In this document: positions 55,840 through 64,000 of the stretch, piece by piece
Position numbering within the stretch: the stretch's first letter is position 1
Layout of the letters: every line of letters starts with the position of its first letter
Source: Omnitrophica bacterium RIFCSPHIGHO2_02_FULL_51_18
GTDB lineage: Bacteria > Omnitrophota > Gorgyraeia > 2-02-FULL-51-18
Reading direction: 5' to 3'
Assembly (NCBI GenBank): GCA_001804125.1
Contig: MHFI01000036.1
Span: forward strand, 94,785-158,784
Length of the DNA stretch: 64,000 nucleotides
The notes under the pieces: generated by a model
Seen by the model: the letters and a program-made list of their open reading frames with translations, nothing else
The model's database searches: none
What the model was told of the DNA's origin: nothing
Program-made: the position numbers and the translations under genes

Positions 55840-57031
55840 TTAAAGATTTTTCTTCCACGGCAATCATGACCTCGTCCAGCACCTGAATCGCCCGGCTGAC
55901 TTCCTTTTCTTTTACGACCAACGGCGGCATCAGCCTCAACACATGTCCCTGTGTGCAGTTAATCAAAAGCCTCTCTTTGAGGCAATCTTCGTAAATACCG
56001 CGTCCGTCGATTGAAAGTTCCACCCCGGCCATGAGACCCATGCCCCGGACCTCCCGAATCATCGGATGTTTCTTCTTAAGTTCATTCAATTTTTTAAACA
56101 AAAACGAGCCCACGATCACGGCGTTGCCGATCAATTTCTCCTTTTCAATCGCTTCAAACGTCGCCAGTGCCGCCGCACAGGCCAGCGGGCTTCCTCCAAA
56201 CGTGGCCGCGTGCGTGCCGGGTCCGAGCGCATCGGCGATTTCCCTCTTCGCCACCATCGCCCCGATCGGAAAACCGCCGCCGAGCGACTTCGCCAGCGTC
56301 ATGATATCGGGCTCGAGACCGTAATTCTTGTAACAAAACATGCGGCCCGTCCGTCCCATGCCGGTCTGTACCTCATCGAAAACAAGATATATCTTCCGGT
56401 CGCTGCAGAGCCTTCGGACCGCCGACAAATACCGGTCGTCCGCCACGCGGACCCCGCCTTCGCCTTGAATAGGCTCGAGCACAATCGCGATCGTCTGCGG
56501 CGTGATGGCCCGCTCGAGCGCCTCGAGATCATTCCATGCGACGCTCTTAAAACCCGGCACCAAGGGCTCGAAGCCTTCCTGGTATTTTGTCTGGCCGGTC
56601 GCGCTCACGGCCGCGAGTGTACGCCCGTGAAACGACCTGTCCATCGTAATAATTTCATACCGCGAGGGGTTTCCGAGCTTTCTCACCAGCTTAAACGCGG
56701 CCTCATTGGCCTCAGCGCCGGAATTGCAGAAAAAAACCTTGCCCGGAAACGCATGGCGGATGATCTCCTGCGCCAGAAGCCCCTGAAGCTCATGAAAATA
56801 ATTATTCGAAACGTGAATCAACTGCTCGGCCTGCCGCTTAATCGCCTCGACCACGCGCCGGTGGCAATGGCCGATCCCGCTGACGGCCCAACCCGGAAAA
56901 AAATCAAGGTACTCGTCCCCCTGCGCGTCCCACACACGCGTGCCTTTGCCCCGTTCTAACACCAAAGGCGTGCGTGTGTAACAGGGAATCACATAATCGT
57001 AATAAAGCCGTATGGTTTTGCGGTAATCCAT
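55787..57031 (-). CDS. argD: Acetylornithine aminotransferase
   Basis: NSGAEANE, FHGRT, EPIQGEGG, DEVQTG.GRTG, LAK.LGGG; true start MDYRK at 57031. Confidence 0.96.
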   Translation of the reverse strand: MDYRKTIRLYYDYVIPCYTRTPLVLERGKGTRVWDAQGDEYLDFFPGWAVSGIGHCHRRVVEAIKRQAEQLIHVSNNYFHELQGLLAQEIIRHAFPGKVFFCNSGAEANEAAFKLVRKLGNPSRYEIITMDRSFHGRTLAAVSATGQTKYQEGFEPLVPGFKSVAWNDLEALERAITPQTIAIVLEPIQGEGGVRVADDRYLSAVRRLCSDRKIYLVFDEVQTGMGRTGRMFCYKNYGLEPDIMTLAKSLGGGFPIGAMVAKREIADALGPGTHAATFGGSPLACAAALATFEAIEKEKLIGNAVIVGSFLFKKLNELKKKHPMIREVRGMGLMAGVELSIDGRGIYEDCLKERLLINCTQGHVLRLMPPLVVKEKEVSRAIQVLDEVMIAVEEKSLTPPPVSSVIGGPIASQS

Positions 57032-57041
57032 GATTAAATTA

Positions 57042-57354
57042 ACATGGGTATCCGGTTGATTCGAGTGACCCCTATATCTAGTATTAGGTTCGTCATTCTG
57101 AGGAGCACGGCGACGAAGAATCTCAGAGCGAGATCCTTCGCTGCGCTCAGGATGACGAATATGTACTTGGGCCCATATCTTGTGGGTACTAGAGCTAACC
57201 GGATACCCATGTAAATTAAATCCGAAATGCGAATATCGAAATGCTGAAACAAATCTGAATGTTTCAAATTCAAATAATCGAAACACGGGTTTTTGATTTT
57301 GGTTATTGAGATTTTTGTCATTGTTTCGGATTTCGAATTTCGTGTTTTGGATTT
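57042..57354. repeat. Composite: 16-bp IR element enclosing a REP pair, plus a ~7-bp-periodic hairpin
   Basis: ACATGGGTATCCGGTT (57042)/AACCGGATACCCATGT (57212); REP pair 57092-57156; AAATCCG-type units and their complements 57218-57354. Confidence 0.8.
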
Positions 57355-58214
57355 TATCTTTTTACTATTTCCGTCCCTATTCCTTTATCAGTAAAGATCT
57401 CCAAGAGGATGCCGTGGGGGATCTTCGAGTCAATAATGTGGATCTTTTTTACGCCCCGCTCGAGCGCCCGCATGCAGGCCTTCACCTTCGGAATCATACC
57501 CGCGCTGATCACCTTGGACCCCACCAACTTCTCTATCTCGGGAACCGTGATATGTGAAATGAATGAGCCGGGATCATCCGGATCTCCCAAAACTCCCCGG
57601 ACATTAGTCAGCAAAATCAGCTTGTTGGCGCTAAGGCTGCGTGCGATCTCCGCCGCCGACTGGTCCGCGTTGACGTTGTAAGTAAACCCATCCTTGCCGA
57701 TCCCGATCGGTGAAATTACCGGGATAATGTCGCTGATAAGCATTTTCTGGATCACGTCGCCGTTGATTTTCGTGATTTCGCCGACGTACCCGATATCCGT
57801 GCCATCGGCCTCCAGTTTCTTTACCTCGATCAAATGATCCTCTTTCCCGCTTAAAGAAATCGCGCTCCCTCCGTGCGAAATGATTTCCCGTACGATCTCG
57901 CGGTTGACTTTTTCAAGCTCTTCTTCGACAATTTCCATCGTCTCTTCATCGGTCACGCGGAAACCCTTCACAAACTTGATTTCCTTGCCGATCTCTTCAA
58001 GCCTCTTGTTGATGTAGGGGCCGCCGCCGTGCACGAGCACCGGCCGCATCCCCACATAACTCATGAACACGATGTCCTCCAGCACGTTGCGGCGGATCAC
58101 CGGGTCCGTCATGCCGGCACCGCCGAACTTGATGACGATCGTCTTGTCATAAAAACTCTGGATGTAGGGAAGCGCCTCAATCAGCACGTCCGCTTTTTTA
58201 ATGATTTCTTCCAT
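57354..58214 (-). CDS. argB: Acetylglutamate kinase
   Basis: EALPYI, KFGG, VHGGG, G.RVTD, N.NAD, GMIPK. Confidence 0.98.
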   Translation of the reverse strand: MEEIIKKADVLIEALPYIQSFYDKTIVIKFGGAGMTDPVIRRNVLEDIVFMSYVGMRPVLVHGGGPYINKRLEEIGKEIKFVKGFRVTDEETMEIVEEELEKVNREIVREIISHGGSAISLSGKEDHLIEVKKLEADGTDIGYVGEITKINGDVIQKMLISDIIPVISPIGIGKDGFTYNVNADQSAAEIARSLSANKLILLTNVRGVLGDPDDPGSFISHITVPEIEKLVGSKVISAGMIPKVKACMRALERGVKKIHIIDSKIPHGILLEIFTDKGIGTEIVKR

Positions 58215-58215
58215 C

Positions 58216-59466
58216 TTAAGTCCTGTAAGCCGAGTTGATCCGAACGTAATTCGTGGAGAGATCGCAGGTAAACGCGGAAGCGCTGCATTTCCCTACTCCC
58301 AAATCCACGGTGATCCTAATATTTTTCTGTGCAAACACGCGGTTCAATAACGCCGCCTTCTTCTTGACCCGGCCGCCGTTCCGCAGCACCAGTTCTTTCC
58401 CCAGATAAATCTGCAGCTTCCAGGGGTCCACGTGGGCGTCCGCAGTGCCGGCGGCGGCCGCAACCCTCCCCCAGTTGGGATCCGAGCCAAACAGCGCGCA
58501 CTTTACGAGGGAAGAGCGCGCCACGGACATGGCCACGACTTTCGCGTCCTCCCGGCTCTGCGCATTTTTGACTGCAATTTCCACGAATTTTGTGGCGCCT
58601 TCGGCGTCTTTAATCATCTGCTTGGCTAGCTGCGAGAAAAGCGTCTCAAGCGCATGGCCGAATTCCCTGAACTCCTTTGTTTTCTCCACAATCCTCTTAT
58701 TCTGGGCCATGCCATTGGCAAGCACGAGCACCATGTCATTCGTCGACATGTCCCCGTCAATCGTAATGGCGTTAAAGCTCTTGTCCGCGGCCTTCTGCAG
58801 CGCGGCCCGGAGCGCGCTCGGCGCAATCACCGCATCTGTCGTCACAAAACAAAGCATCGTCGCATGCCGAAGGCCCGCCATCTTTTTGGCGGGACGAAGG
58901 CCCGCCAACGCCATCTGCGGGCGGATCATGCCGGCACCCTTCGCCATCGCGCCTACGCGTACCTTGCGCTTTCCCACAAGAAACTCGGCCGACACCTGTT
59001 TAATCGTGCGGTCCGTCGTCAGAATGCCGGCTGCCGCAAACTCGCCGCCCTTACGGCTTAAGCCCTTCACAAGCTCCGGCACCGCGTTTACAATTTTTTT
59101 AATCGGGAGCGGCTTTCCTATCACGCCCGTCGACGCAACCAGCACCTGTTTTTTCCTCAGTTTCAGAATTCTGGCCACGGCCGCCGCCATCGTATACGAG
59201 TTTTCGAAACCGCTTTCGCCGGTCATGCAGTTGGCGTTGCCGGAATTGGCTATAATCGCCTGGGCCCATCCGTCCTTTAAATGCTCTTTATTGATCACCA
59301 CGCAGGACGCCTGCACTTTGTTCGTCGTAAAAACTCCGGCCGCCTGGCATGGCTTCTCGGAGGCAATGAGTGCCAGGTCCCTTTTCTTGGACTTTTTGAT
59401 CCCGCAAAAAATACCGTTGGCTTTGAACCCGACTGGCGCAGTGATACCACCGTGTATCCATTTCAT
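58216..59466 (-). CDS. argJ: Glutamate N-acetyltransferase ArgJ
   Basis: NSGNAN, STGVIG, TTD, KGAGMI, ATML, DGD.STND, D.EGATK, DPNWGR. Confidence 0.97.
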   Translation of the reverse strand: MKWIHGGITAPVGFKANGIFCGIKKSKKRDLALIASEKPCQAAGVFTTNKVQASCVVINKEHLKDGWAQAIIANSGNANCMTGESGFENSYTMAAAVARILKLRKKQVLVASTGVIGKPLPIKKIVNAVPELVKGLSRKGGEFAAAGILTTDRTIKQVSAEFLVGKRKVRVGAMAKGAGMIRPQMALAGLRPAKKMAGLRHATMLCFVTTDAVIAPSALRAALQKAADKSFNAITIDGDMSTNDMVLVLANGMAQNKRIVEKTKEFREFGHALETLFSQLAKQMIKDAEGATKFVEIAVKNAQSREDAKVVAMSVARSSLVKCALFGSDPNWGRVAAAAGTADAHVDPWKLQIYLGKELVLRNGGRVKKKAALLNRVFAQKNIRITVDLGVGKCSASAFTCDLSTNYVRINSAYRT

Positions 59467-60504
59467 TTAGAAACCGTCCGTTTCCTCAAACCCGCACATA
59501 ATGTTCATGTTCTGAACCGCCTGGCCCGCCGCGCCCTTATCCAGATTGTCAATCGCGGTCACAATCACCGCCAAAGCTTTGCGCTCATCCACCCGCAAGC
59601 CGATGTCGCAGAAATTGGTGTAAGCGACGTTCCGGATCTCGGGCAAAAGCCCCGTGTCATACACTTTCACGAACGGTTCTTCCGCGTAAAATTTCTGATA
59701 AACCCTGATTAAACCCTCCGTGCTTATTTTTTTCTTAAGGTTCACGTAAATGGTGCTTAAGATTCCCCTGTTCAGAGGCAAAAGGTGCGGCACAAACACC
59801 ACGGACACCTCTTTTTTGGCGGCTTTTGACAGTTCCTGGTCTATCTCGGGAACATGCGGATGATCAAAAAGCTTGTAGGCCTTGAACGACTCGTTGACTT
59901 CCGAAAAACCCAGTGCCTTGTCCGCCTTCCGCCCGGCCCCCGTCACCCCGCTTTTGGCATCGATACGAATGGAAGCCGGTTCAAACAAACCCTGTTTCAC
60001 GCCCGGCAAAAGGCCCAAGATAGCGCCGGTCGGATAGCAGCCGGGATTGGCCACGAGGTGCGCCGATTTTATTTTCTCGCGGTTCGTTTCCGGCAGGCCG
60101 TAAACCGCCTGCTTTAGATTGTGTGCGTCTTTATGCGGCACCTTGTAGAATTTTTCATAAATCCGCTCGTCCCTCAGCCGGTAATCGGCGCTCACGTCGA
60201 TCACCTTTTTCCCGGCGTCCAAAAACTGGGGAACGTATTGCATGGACACGGTGTGCGGCAATGACAGAAAAATAAGGTCGCTTTTTTCGACGGCCTGATC
60301 CACGGACAAGGGCCGGCACTCAAGATCCAATTTGCCCCTTAAATAGGGAAAAATTTCCTGGATTTTGACCTCCCGGTCTTCTTTGCCGGAGACATAGGAA
60401 ATCCTGGCACGCGGGTGCCGGACCAAGACCCGGACCAGCTCTTCACCCGTGTAACCGGTGGCACCCGCCACCGCGACATTTATTTTTTTAGCCGTTGTTT
60501 TCAT
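59467..60504 (-). CDS. argC: N-acetyl-gamma-glutamyl-phosphate reductase
   Basis: GATGYTG, D.SADYR, ANPGCYPT, SGVTGAG, DNL.KGAAGQA; start at ATG 60504. Confidence 0.98.
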   Translation of the reverse strand: MKTTAKKINVAVAGATGYTGEELVRVLVRHPRARISYVSGKEDREVKIQEIFPYLRGKLDLECRPLSVDQAVEKSDLIFLSLPHTVSMQYVPQFLDAGKKVIDVSADYRLRDERIYEKFYKVPHKDAHNLKQAVYGLPETNREKIKSAHLVANPGCYPTGAILGLLPGVKQGLFEPASIRIDAKSGVTGAGRKADKALGFSEVNESFKAYKLFDHPHVPEIDQELSKAAKKEVSVVFVPHLLPLNRGILSTIYVNLKKKISTEGLIRVYQKFYAEEPFVKVYDTGLLPEIRNVAYTNFCDIGLRVDERKALAVIVTAIDNLDKGAAGQAVQNMNIMCGFEETDGF

Positions 60505-60523
60505 AGAAAAAATAAGAACGCCT

Positions 60524-60552
60524 ATTATAGAGCGGTTTCGTCCGTATGTCAA
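60524..60552 (-). promoter_or_regulatory. Perfect-consensus sigma70 promoter of the arg operon
   Basis: TTGACA-N17-TATAAT, 19 nt upstream of the argC ATG. Confidence 0.85.
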
Positions 60553-60573
60553 AATTGTTACTCCGCCGAAGCG

Positions 60574-60641
60574 TAACCCTCCTTCGCCAAGGCTTCGGAG
60601 GGTTATCCGCCTTTATGCATTAATTTCGCGAAGGCGGATAA
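60574..60641. repeat. Tandem small hairpin repeats
   Basis: TAACCCTCC..GGAGGGTTA and TTATCCGCCTT..AAGGCGGATAA; GCGAAGGCGGATAAAA recurs near 63315. Confidence 0.6.
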
Positions 60642-60670
60642 AAAATAAAGCCGAGCGTAAGGCTCGGCTT
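60640..60670 (-). terminator. Intrinsic terminator after rpsI
   Basis: Minus strand AAGCCGAGC-CTTAC-GCTCGGCTT followed by TATTTTTT. Confidence 0.75.
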
Positions 60671-60723
60671 CTCAAGGAGTTATGATAATTTTATTTATTC
60701 GACTAAATCGGGCTTTAACCTCA

Positions 60724-61140
60724 CTATCTCTTTGAGAACTGGAATCTCCGCCGAGCGCCTTTTCTCCCGTACTTCTTTCGTTCCTTCATGCGGGAATCGC
60801 GCGTCAAGTAGTCACCGCGGCGAAGCAGAGGCTTGAGTGTGGCATCGAACGTGCAAAGCGCCCTCGAGATGGCATGACGGACTGCGCCGGCCTGGCCGGC
60901 AAGACCGCCGCCGCGGACGTTCGCGATCACATCCACTTTTCCGACAAGATTCACGGCTTCCAAAGGCTGTTTGACAATCATCTGAAGCGTCGGCCGGCCG
61001 AAATACTCGGCAAGGCCTCTTCTGTTGACTTCGATGGTGCCGGTTCCTTTGTAGAGCTGAATCCGCGCAGTCGCTTCTTTGCGGCGGCCCGTGGCAAATT
61101 CTTTGTGAGAAGGCGCTTTAAGCAAATTTTTTGCGGCCAT
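60724..61140 (-). CDS. rpsI: 30S ribosomal protein S9
   Basis: TGRRK, GGG..GQAGA, TRD.R.KERKK.G...ARR.FQFSKR. Confidence 0.99.
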   Translation of the reverse strand: MAAKNLLKAPSHKEFATGRRKEATARIQLYKGTGTIEVNRRGLAEYFGRPTLQMIVKQPLEAVNLVGKVDVIANVRGGGLAGQAGAVRHAISRALCTFDATLKPLLRRGDYLTRDSRMKERKKYGRKGARRRFQFSKR

Positions 61141-61583
61141 TATTTAAGTTCCTTTACTGAACAAAGTTTGGGTTTTTGGGCCTGGTGGGGGTGCTCACTC
61201 CCCGCGTAGATCAAGAGCCGCGTAATCATGCGCTTGCCAAGGCGGGACTTCGGAAGCATACCTTTGACAGCGTGTTTCAGCGCGTAAGTCGGGTCTTTTT
61301 TCATGATTTTCTCGAATGTCACCTCGCGCTGGCCGCTCGGATAGCCGGAATAAAATTTGTAGATTTTTGCCTCAGCCTTATTTCCCGTCACGACCACTTC
61401 AGAGGCATTGATCACAATGACGCCATCACCGGTCTCAACATGCGGCGTGTAGTCCGTCTTGGCCCGGCCGGACAAAATCCTCGAGATCTTGGCGGCCAAA
61501 CGCCCCACCACCTGGCCGCGCGCGTCAATCACCTGCCATTGCTTCTCTTTCACATCGTTCTTTTTCACAAAAAAAGTGGGCAT
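61140..61583 (-). CDS. rplM: 50S ribosomal protein L13
   Basis: W.VIDA...VGRLA, YTPHV..GD.VIVINA, AVKGMLPK, H.AQ.P; start at ATG 61583. Confidence 0.98.
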   Translation of the reverse strand: MPTFFVKKNDVKEKQWQVIDARGQVVGRLAAKISRILSGRAKTDYTPHVETGDGVIVINASEVVVTGNKAEAKIYKFYSGYPSGQREVTFEKIMKKDPTYALKHAVKGMLPKSRLGKRMITRLLIYAGSEHPHQAQKPKLCSVKELK

Positions 61584-61608
61584 AACTACCCTCACAAAAA
61601 GAGGTTGT

Positions 61609-61637
61609 AAAGTATCACCGGAAACGGTGATTGTCAA
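61609..61637 (-). promoter_or_regulatory. sigma70 promoter of rplM-rpsI
   Basis: TTGACA-N17-TACTTT. Confidence 0.65.
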
Positions 61638-61648
61638 GAGAATTAGTC

Positions 61649-61780
61649 CTAAAGACCTTCTACGATATCAAAACCAGAGGCGGGTGAACATGGGTAGGCC
61701 GGTGTTTGATGGGCAATCAGTATCACCATCGCAATAGTGATTAAAAACACCGCGCTAAGTTTCATGGTTAAGCTTAACAT
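61649..61780 (-). CDS. Candidate 43-aa small protein with a hydrophobic/signal-like N-terminus
   Basis: MLSLTMKLSAVFLITIAMVILIAHQTPAYPCSPASGFDIVEGL, preceded by GGGAGG; below the ORF-track cutoff. Confidence 0.45.
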   Translation of the reverse strand: MLSLTMKLSAVFLITIAMVILIAHQTPAYPCSPASGFDIVEGL

Positions 61781-62004
61781 CTCATCCTCCCTAATAAAGT
61801 CGCCCTCTTTCCATTCCCTCATTAATTAAAACGTACCAATTGATAAAACATTACGTCTTTAAACGTTACAGTTAATCGTATAATATGTAGCTTAACATTA
61901 TGTAATTAAAGGAGATAAGTAATAACTATTCATATAAATTGTAAATTATTGAATTACTCTGTATACTTTAAATGGAACATTTATAAACAGTTTCTAAAAT
62001 TGCT

Positions 62005-63069
62005 ATGCGAAAATCATTGAATATACCGATCCTAGTGTTGGCGATGGCCATTACAGAAGCATTTCATCTTGGCCTTACTGCCTACGCCGTGCAAGTGCAA
62101 ACCTATGAGTCTGAGCAGCCAAGTGGTTCATCAATAACCAGGACCACCTCCTCACAACAAGAAGTAAGCTCGCTGGTCGCGGCAAGGCAAGCTATTGAGG
62201 ACATGCAGTCAACTAACCCCGAAGCTGAATCCACCCAAGGTATCACCCGATTTGATTTTTCCGATCCTTCGACAGGAGGAACAGGCATCGTTATATATAT
62301 TGGCAGTCCCAGCACTCTTATCATAGAGAGCCCCATCGACCCACAAGAAACACCTCGACAGACTGCCATATCCGTTATGGAAAGTGATTTTGTGCCGACC
62401 GACTCTGCTGGTCCGATCCCTTCCGTGTTTGACCCGGTCTCCACCCTGTCGCCGGCAAAAAAAGGTTTTTTAAGGCTCAATCTAAACGCGTTGGACCGTT
62501 TACTCCTCGGACCTTCCCAGGGAAGATTTGTTATTCAAATCCGCAAACAGCTCGACCCCAAAGATTATTACTCGCTTCTATCGTCATTTGAACAATATTC
62601 AAAAAAGGACAATCAGCGCAATTCCTCTCCGTCGGCGAATGATCAGGGATTCGATATCATGCAGCTTCGCCAAGTCATGAATGAATTCAAGGAATCCCAA
62701 AAAGAAGTGTTTGAAACCTATGTCGGGGAAACCATGACTGAGACGACAAATCCCAGGGACGGTGAGGCCGCGAGCGGTGCCAAGATGGACGAAAACCAGG
62801 CGCCCGAAGACGCTGAAAAGACTGAGGATGACCCGGAGACAAAATTCCAGGAACGGTTTCTCAAAAGAAAAGAAGCATTTGAGCCCGCTTCTCTAACGTC
62901 CGACGCATCGGACCCGAAGCATAACGCGCGTCAAAAGCTCATTTCGTCTCTGGAGGAATGCTACACCCGCCTGAACAACGCGCTTCAGACTATGTTCCCC
63001 GGCGAAACTGTAATGATAACGAAAAACGCCTCAACAGAGATTGTGATCTTCCTGCCGGCTGGAAATTGA
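62005..63069 (+). CDS. Hypothetical exported protein
   Basis: 354-aa ORF with a signal-like N-terminus (AYA), S/T-rich and acidic segments; no family recognised. Confidence 0.7.
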   Translation: MRKSLNIPILVLAMAITEAFHLGLTAYAVQVQTYESEQPSGSSITRTTSSQQEVSSLVAARQAIEDMQSTNPEAESTQGITRFDFSDPSTGGTGIVIYIGSPSTLIIESPIDPQETPRQTAISVMESDFVPTDSAGPIPSVFDPVSTLSPAKKGFLRLNLNALDRLLLGPSQGRFVIQIRKQLDPKDYYSLLSSFEQYSKKDNQRNSSPSANDQGFDIMQLRQVMNEFKESQKEVFETYVGETMTETTNPRDGEAASGAKMDENQAPEDAEKTEDDPETKFQERFLKRKEAFEPASLTSDASDPKHNARQKLISSLEECYTRLNNALQTMFPGETVMITKNASTEIVIFLPAGN

Positions 63070-63159
63070 TCGGATAAATCGTTACAAAATCCTTCCTATC
63101 CCTCCTATCCTTTTATCTTGTAAATTGCGCGGCGTTAAGCGCATAATTAAACGTAAATG

Positions 63160-63330
63160 GAGCCCCCCGCGCAAGCGCGGGGTACCTCTCGATTCTCCTT
63201 CGCTCGCCTGCGGCGAGCTTCGGAGGAATCCGTCCTTCGCCGAGTGTTGGGGGCGGAATCCGCCGAAGCCGCTTGAGAAAGCGCCTTCGTCCCCGCCCAC
63301 GGACGGGGTATTCGGCGAAGGCGGATAAAA
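63160..63330. repeat. GC-rich composite hairpin cluster
   Basis: CCCCGCGCAAGCGCGGGG, CTCGCCTGCGGCGAG, CCCCGCCCACGGACGGGG within AT-rich flanks. Confidence 0.6.
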
Positions 63331-63366
63331 CAGTGTAATGTTTCTCATTCTCACACGTTTTCATAT

Positions 63367-63963
63367 ATGGACATACAAAAACCGCTTTTTAAAACGAACG
63401 AAGCATTGATTGAGGAAGTAAAGCTTGGCTCGAGAACAAGCTTTGAGGTTCTTTATGAAAGACATAAGCACTCTATTTTCAATTACTTATACCGCCTTTT
63501 GGGGAGAAAGGAACTGGCTGAAGATTGTACGCAGGAAGTGTTCATCCGTGTCTATGAAAAGGCAAAACTGTATTCTCCTACATCCAAATTTTCAAGCTGG
63601 TTATATAAGATGGCTAAAAACTCGGCGTTAGATGCTCTCAGAAAAAATAAGGTCCGAAAAGCGGCCTCGCTGGACGACCCCATCGAAAGCGAGGAAGGAA
63701 GCGCCGTTTTAAGCGACTTTGTCGAAAGCCGTGAAAAAGACCCGAGAAGCATTTCCGCATCTTCCGAGTTGGCAGATTGGGTCAGGTGCGGAATCGCAAA
63801 ATTGCCGGAGACGGATCGGCAGATCCTCATCTTGTGCGATATCCAGCAGTTATCGCACAAGGAAGTGGGTGAAATCCTCGGCTATTCGGCGGAAACCGTC
63901 ACGGTTAAGCTATACCGAGCCAGACAAAGGCTCGGAGAAATCTTAAAGATTGAAGGGGATTAA
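63367..63963 (+). CDS. ECF sigma-70 family factor
   Basis: AEDCTQEVF, F.SWLY..AKN..LD; region 4 LP...R..L.L......S..EV..ILG....TV...L.RAR. Confidence 0.93.
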   Translation: MDIQKPLFKTNEALIEEVKLGSRTSFEVLYERHKHSIFNYLYRLLGRKELAEDCTQEVFIRVYEKAKLYSPTSKFSSWLYKMAKNSALDALRKNKVRKAASLDDPIESEEGSAVLSDFVESREKDPRSISASSELADWVRCGIAKLPETDRQILILCDIQQLSHKEVGEILGYSAETVTVKLYRARQRLGEILKIEGD

Positions 63964-63969
63964 AACCCA

Positions 63970-64000
63970 ATGAATGATCCAAAATCATACGAAAATATCG
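63970..64000 (+). CDS. Start of the next ORF (possibly an anti-sigma factor), truncated by the window
   Basis: ATG 6 nt after the sigma stop, open to the window end (MNDPKSYENI). Confidence 0.35.
   Translation, partial: MNDPKSYENI

Noticed and set aside
57032-57286. 85-aa N-terminal extension of ArgD (similarly the ORF-track extensions of trpA, trpC, dut, argC, rplM)
   Set aside because: The extensions run through repeats, promoters or neighbouring genes; family-like sequence begins at downstream starts

Overview
64 kb of core bacterial chromosome at roughly 50% GC, almost all coded on the minus strand. The gene set and intergenic repeat style suggest a PVC-type lineage such as Omnitrophota; this is inference only. 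In transcription order (right to left) it carries rplM-rpsI; a long argCJBDFGH-lysA-dapFAB-dapL-folK-panCD-nadX-ECF sigma operon; tRNA-Pro(CGG); three minor-pilin-like genes, nudix and ogt; acyP-ligA-lipoprotein-xerD-rbfA-truB-ribF-rpsO-pnp-dut-ftsK-rodZ-rimO-pgsA; an inverted cinA; then recA-recX-alaS-hisDBHAFI-trpEGDCFBA-manC-ruvX-M16 peptidase-rpe-pgm-lepA-lepB. The right end is an AT-richer, divergently transcribed accessory segment. The proteins are mostly ordinary; the unusual signal is between genes. (1) A family of 46-128 bp elements with C-rich/G-rich terminal inverted repeats sits on start/stop junctions, four of five flanked by duplicated TGA/TAA-type sites. Three of them regenerate an RBS and start codon and encode a mini-ORF that bridges the two genes, ending in a stop that overlaps the downstream start. 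(2) Three copies of a ~190-nt hairpin have divergent but covarying stems and conserved loop and bulge motifs. (3) Many nested GTCA-type REP/dRS3-like palindromes are present. No transposase, integrase island or CRISPR array was seen.
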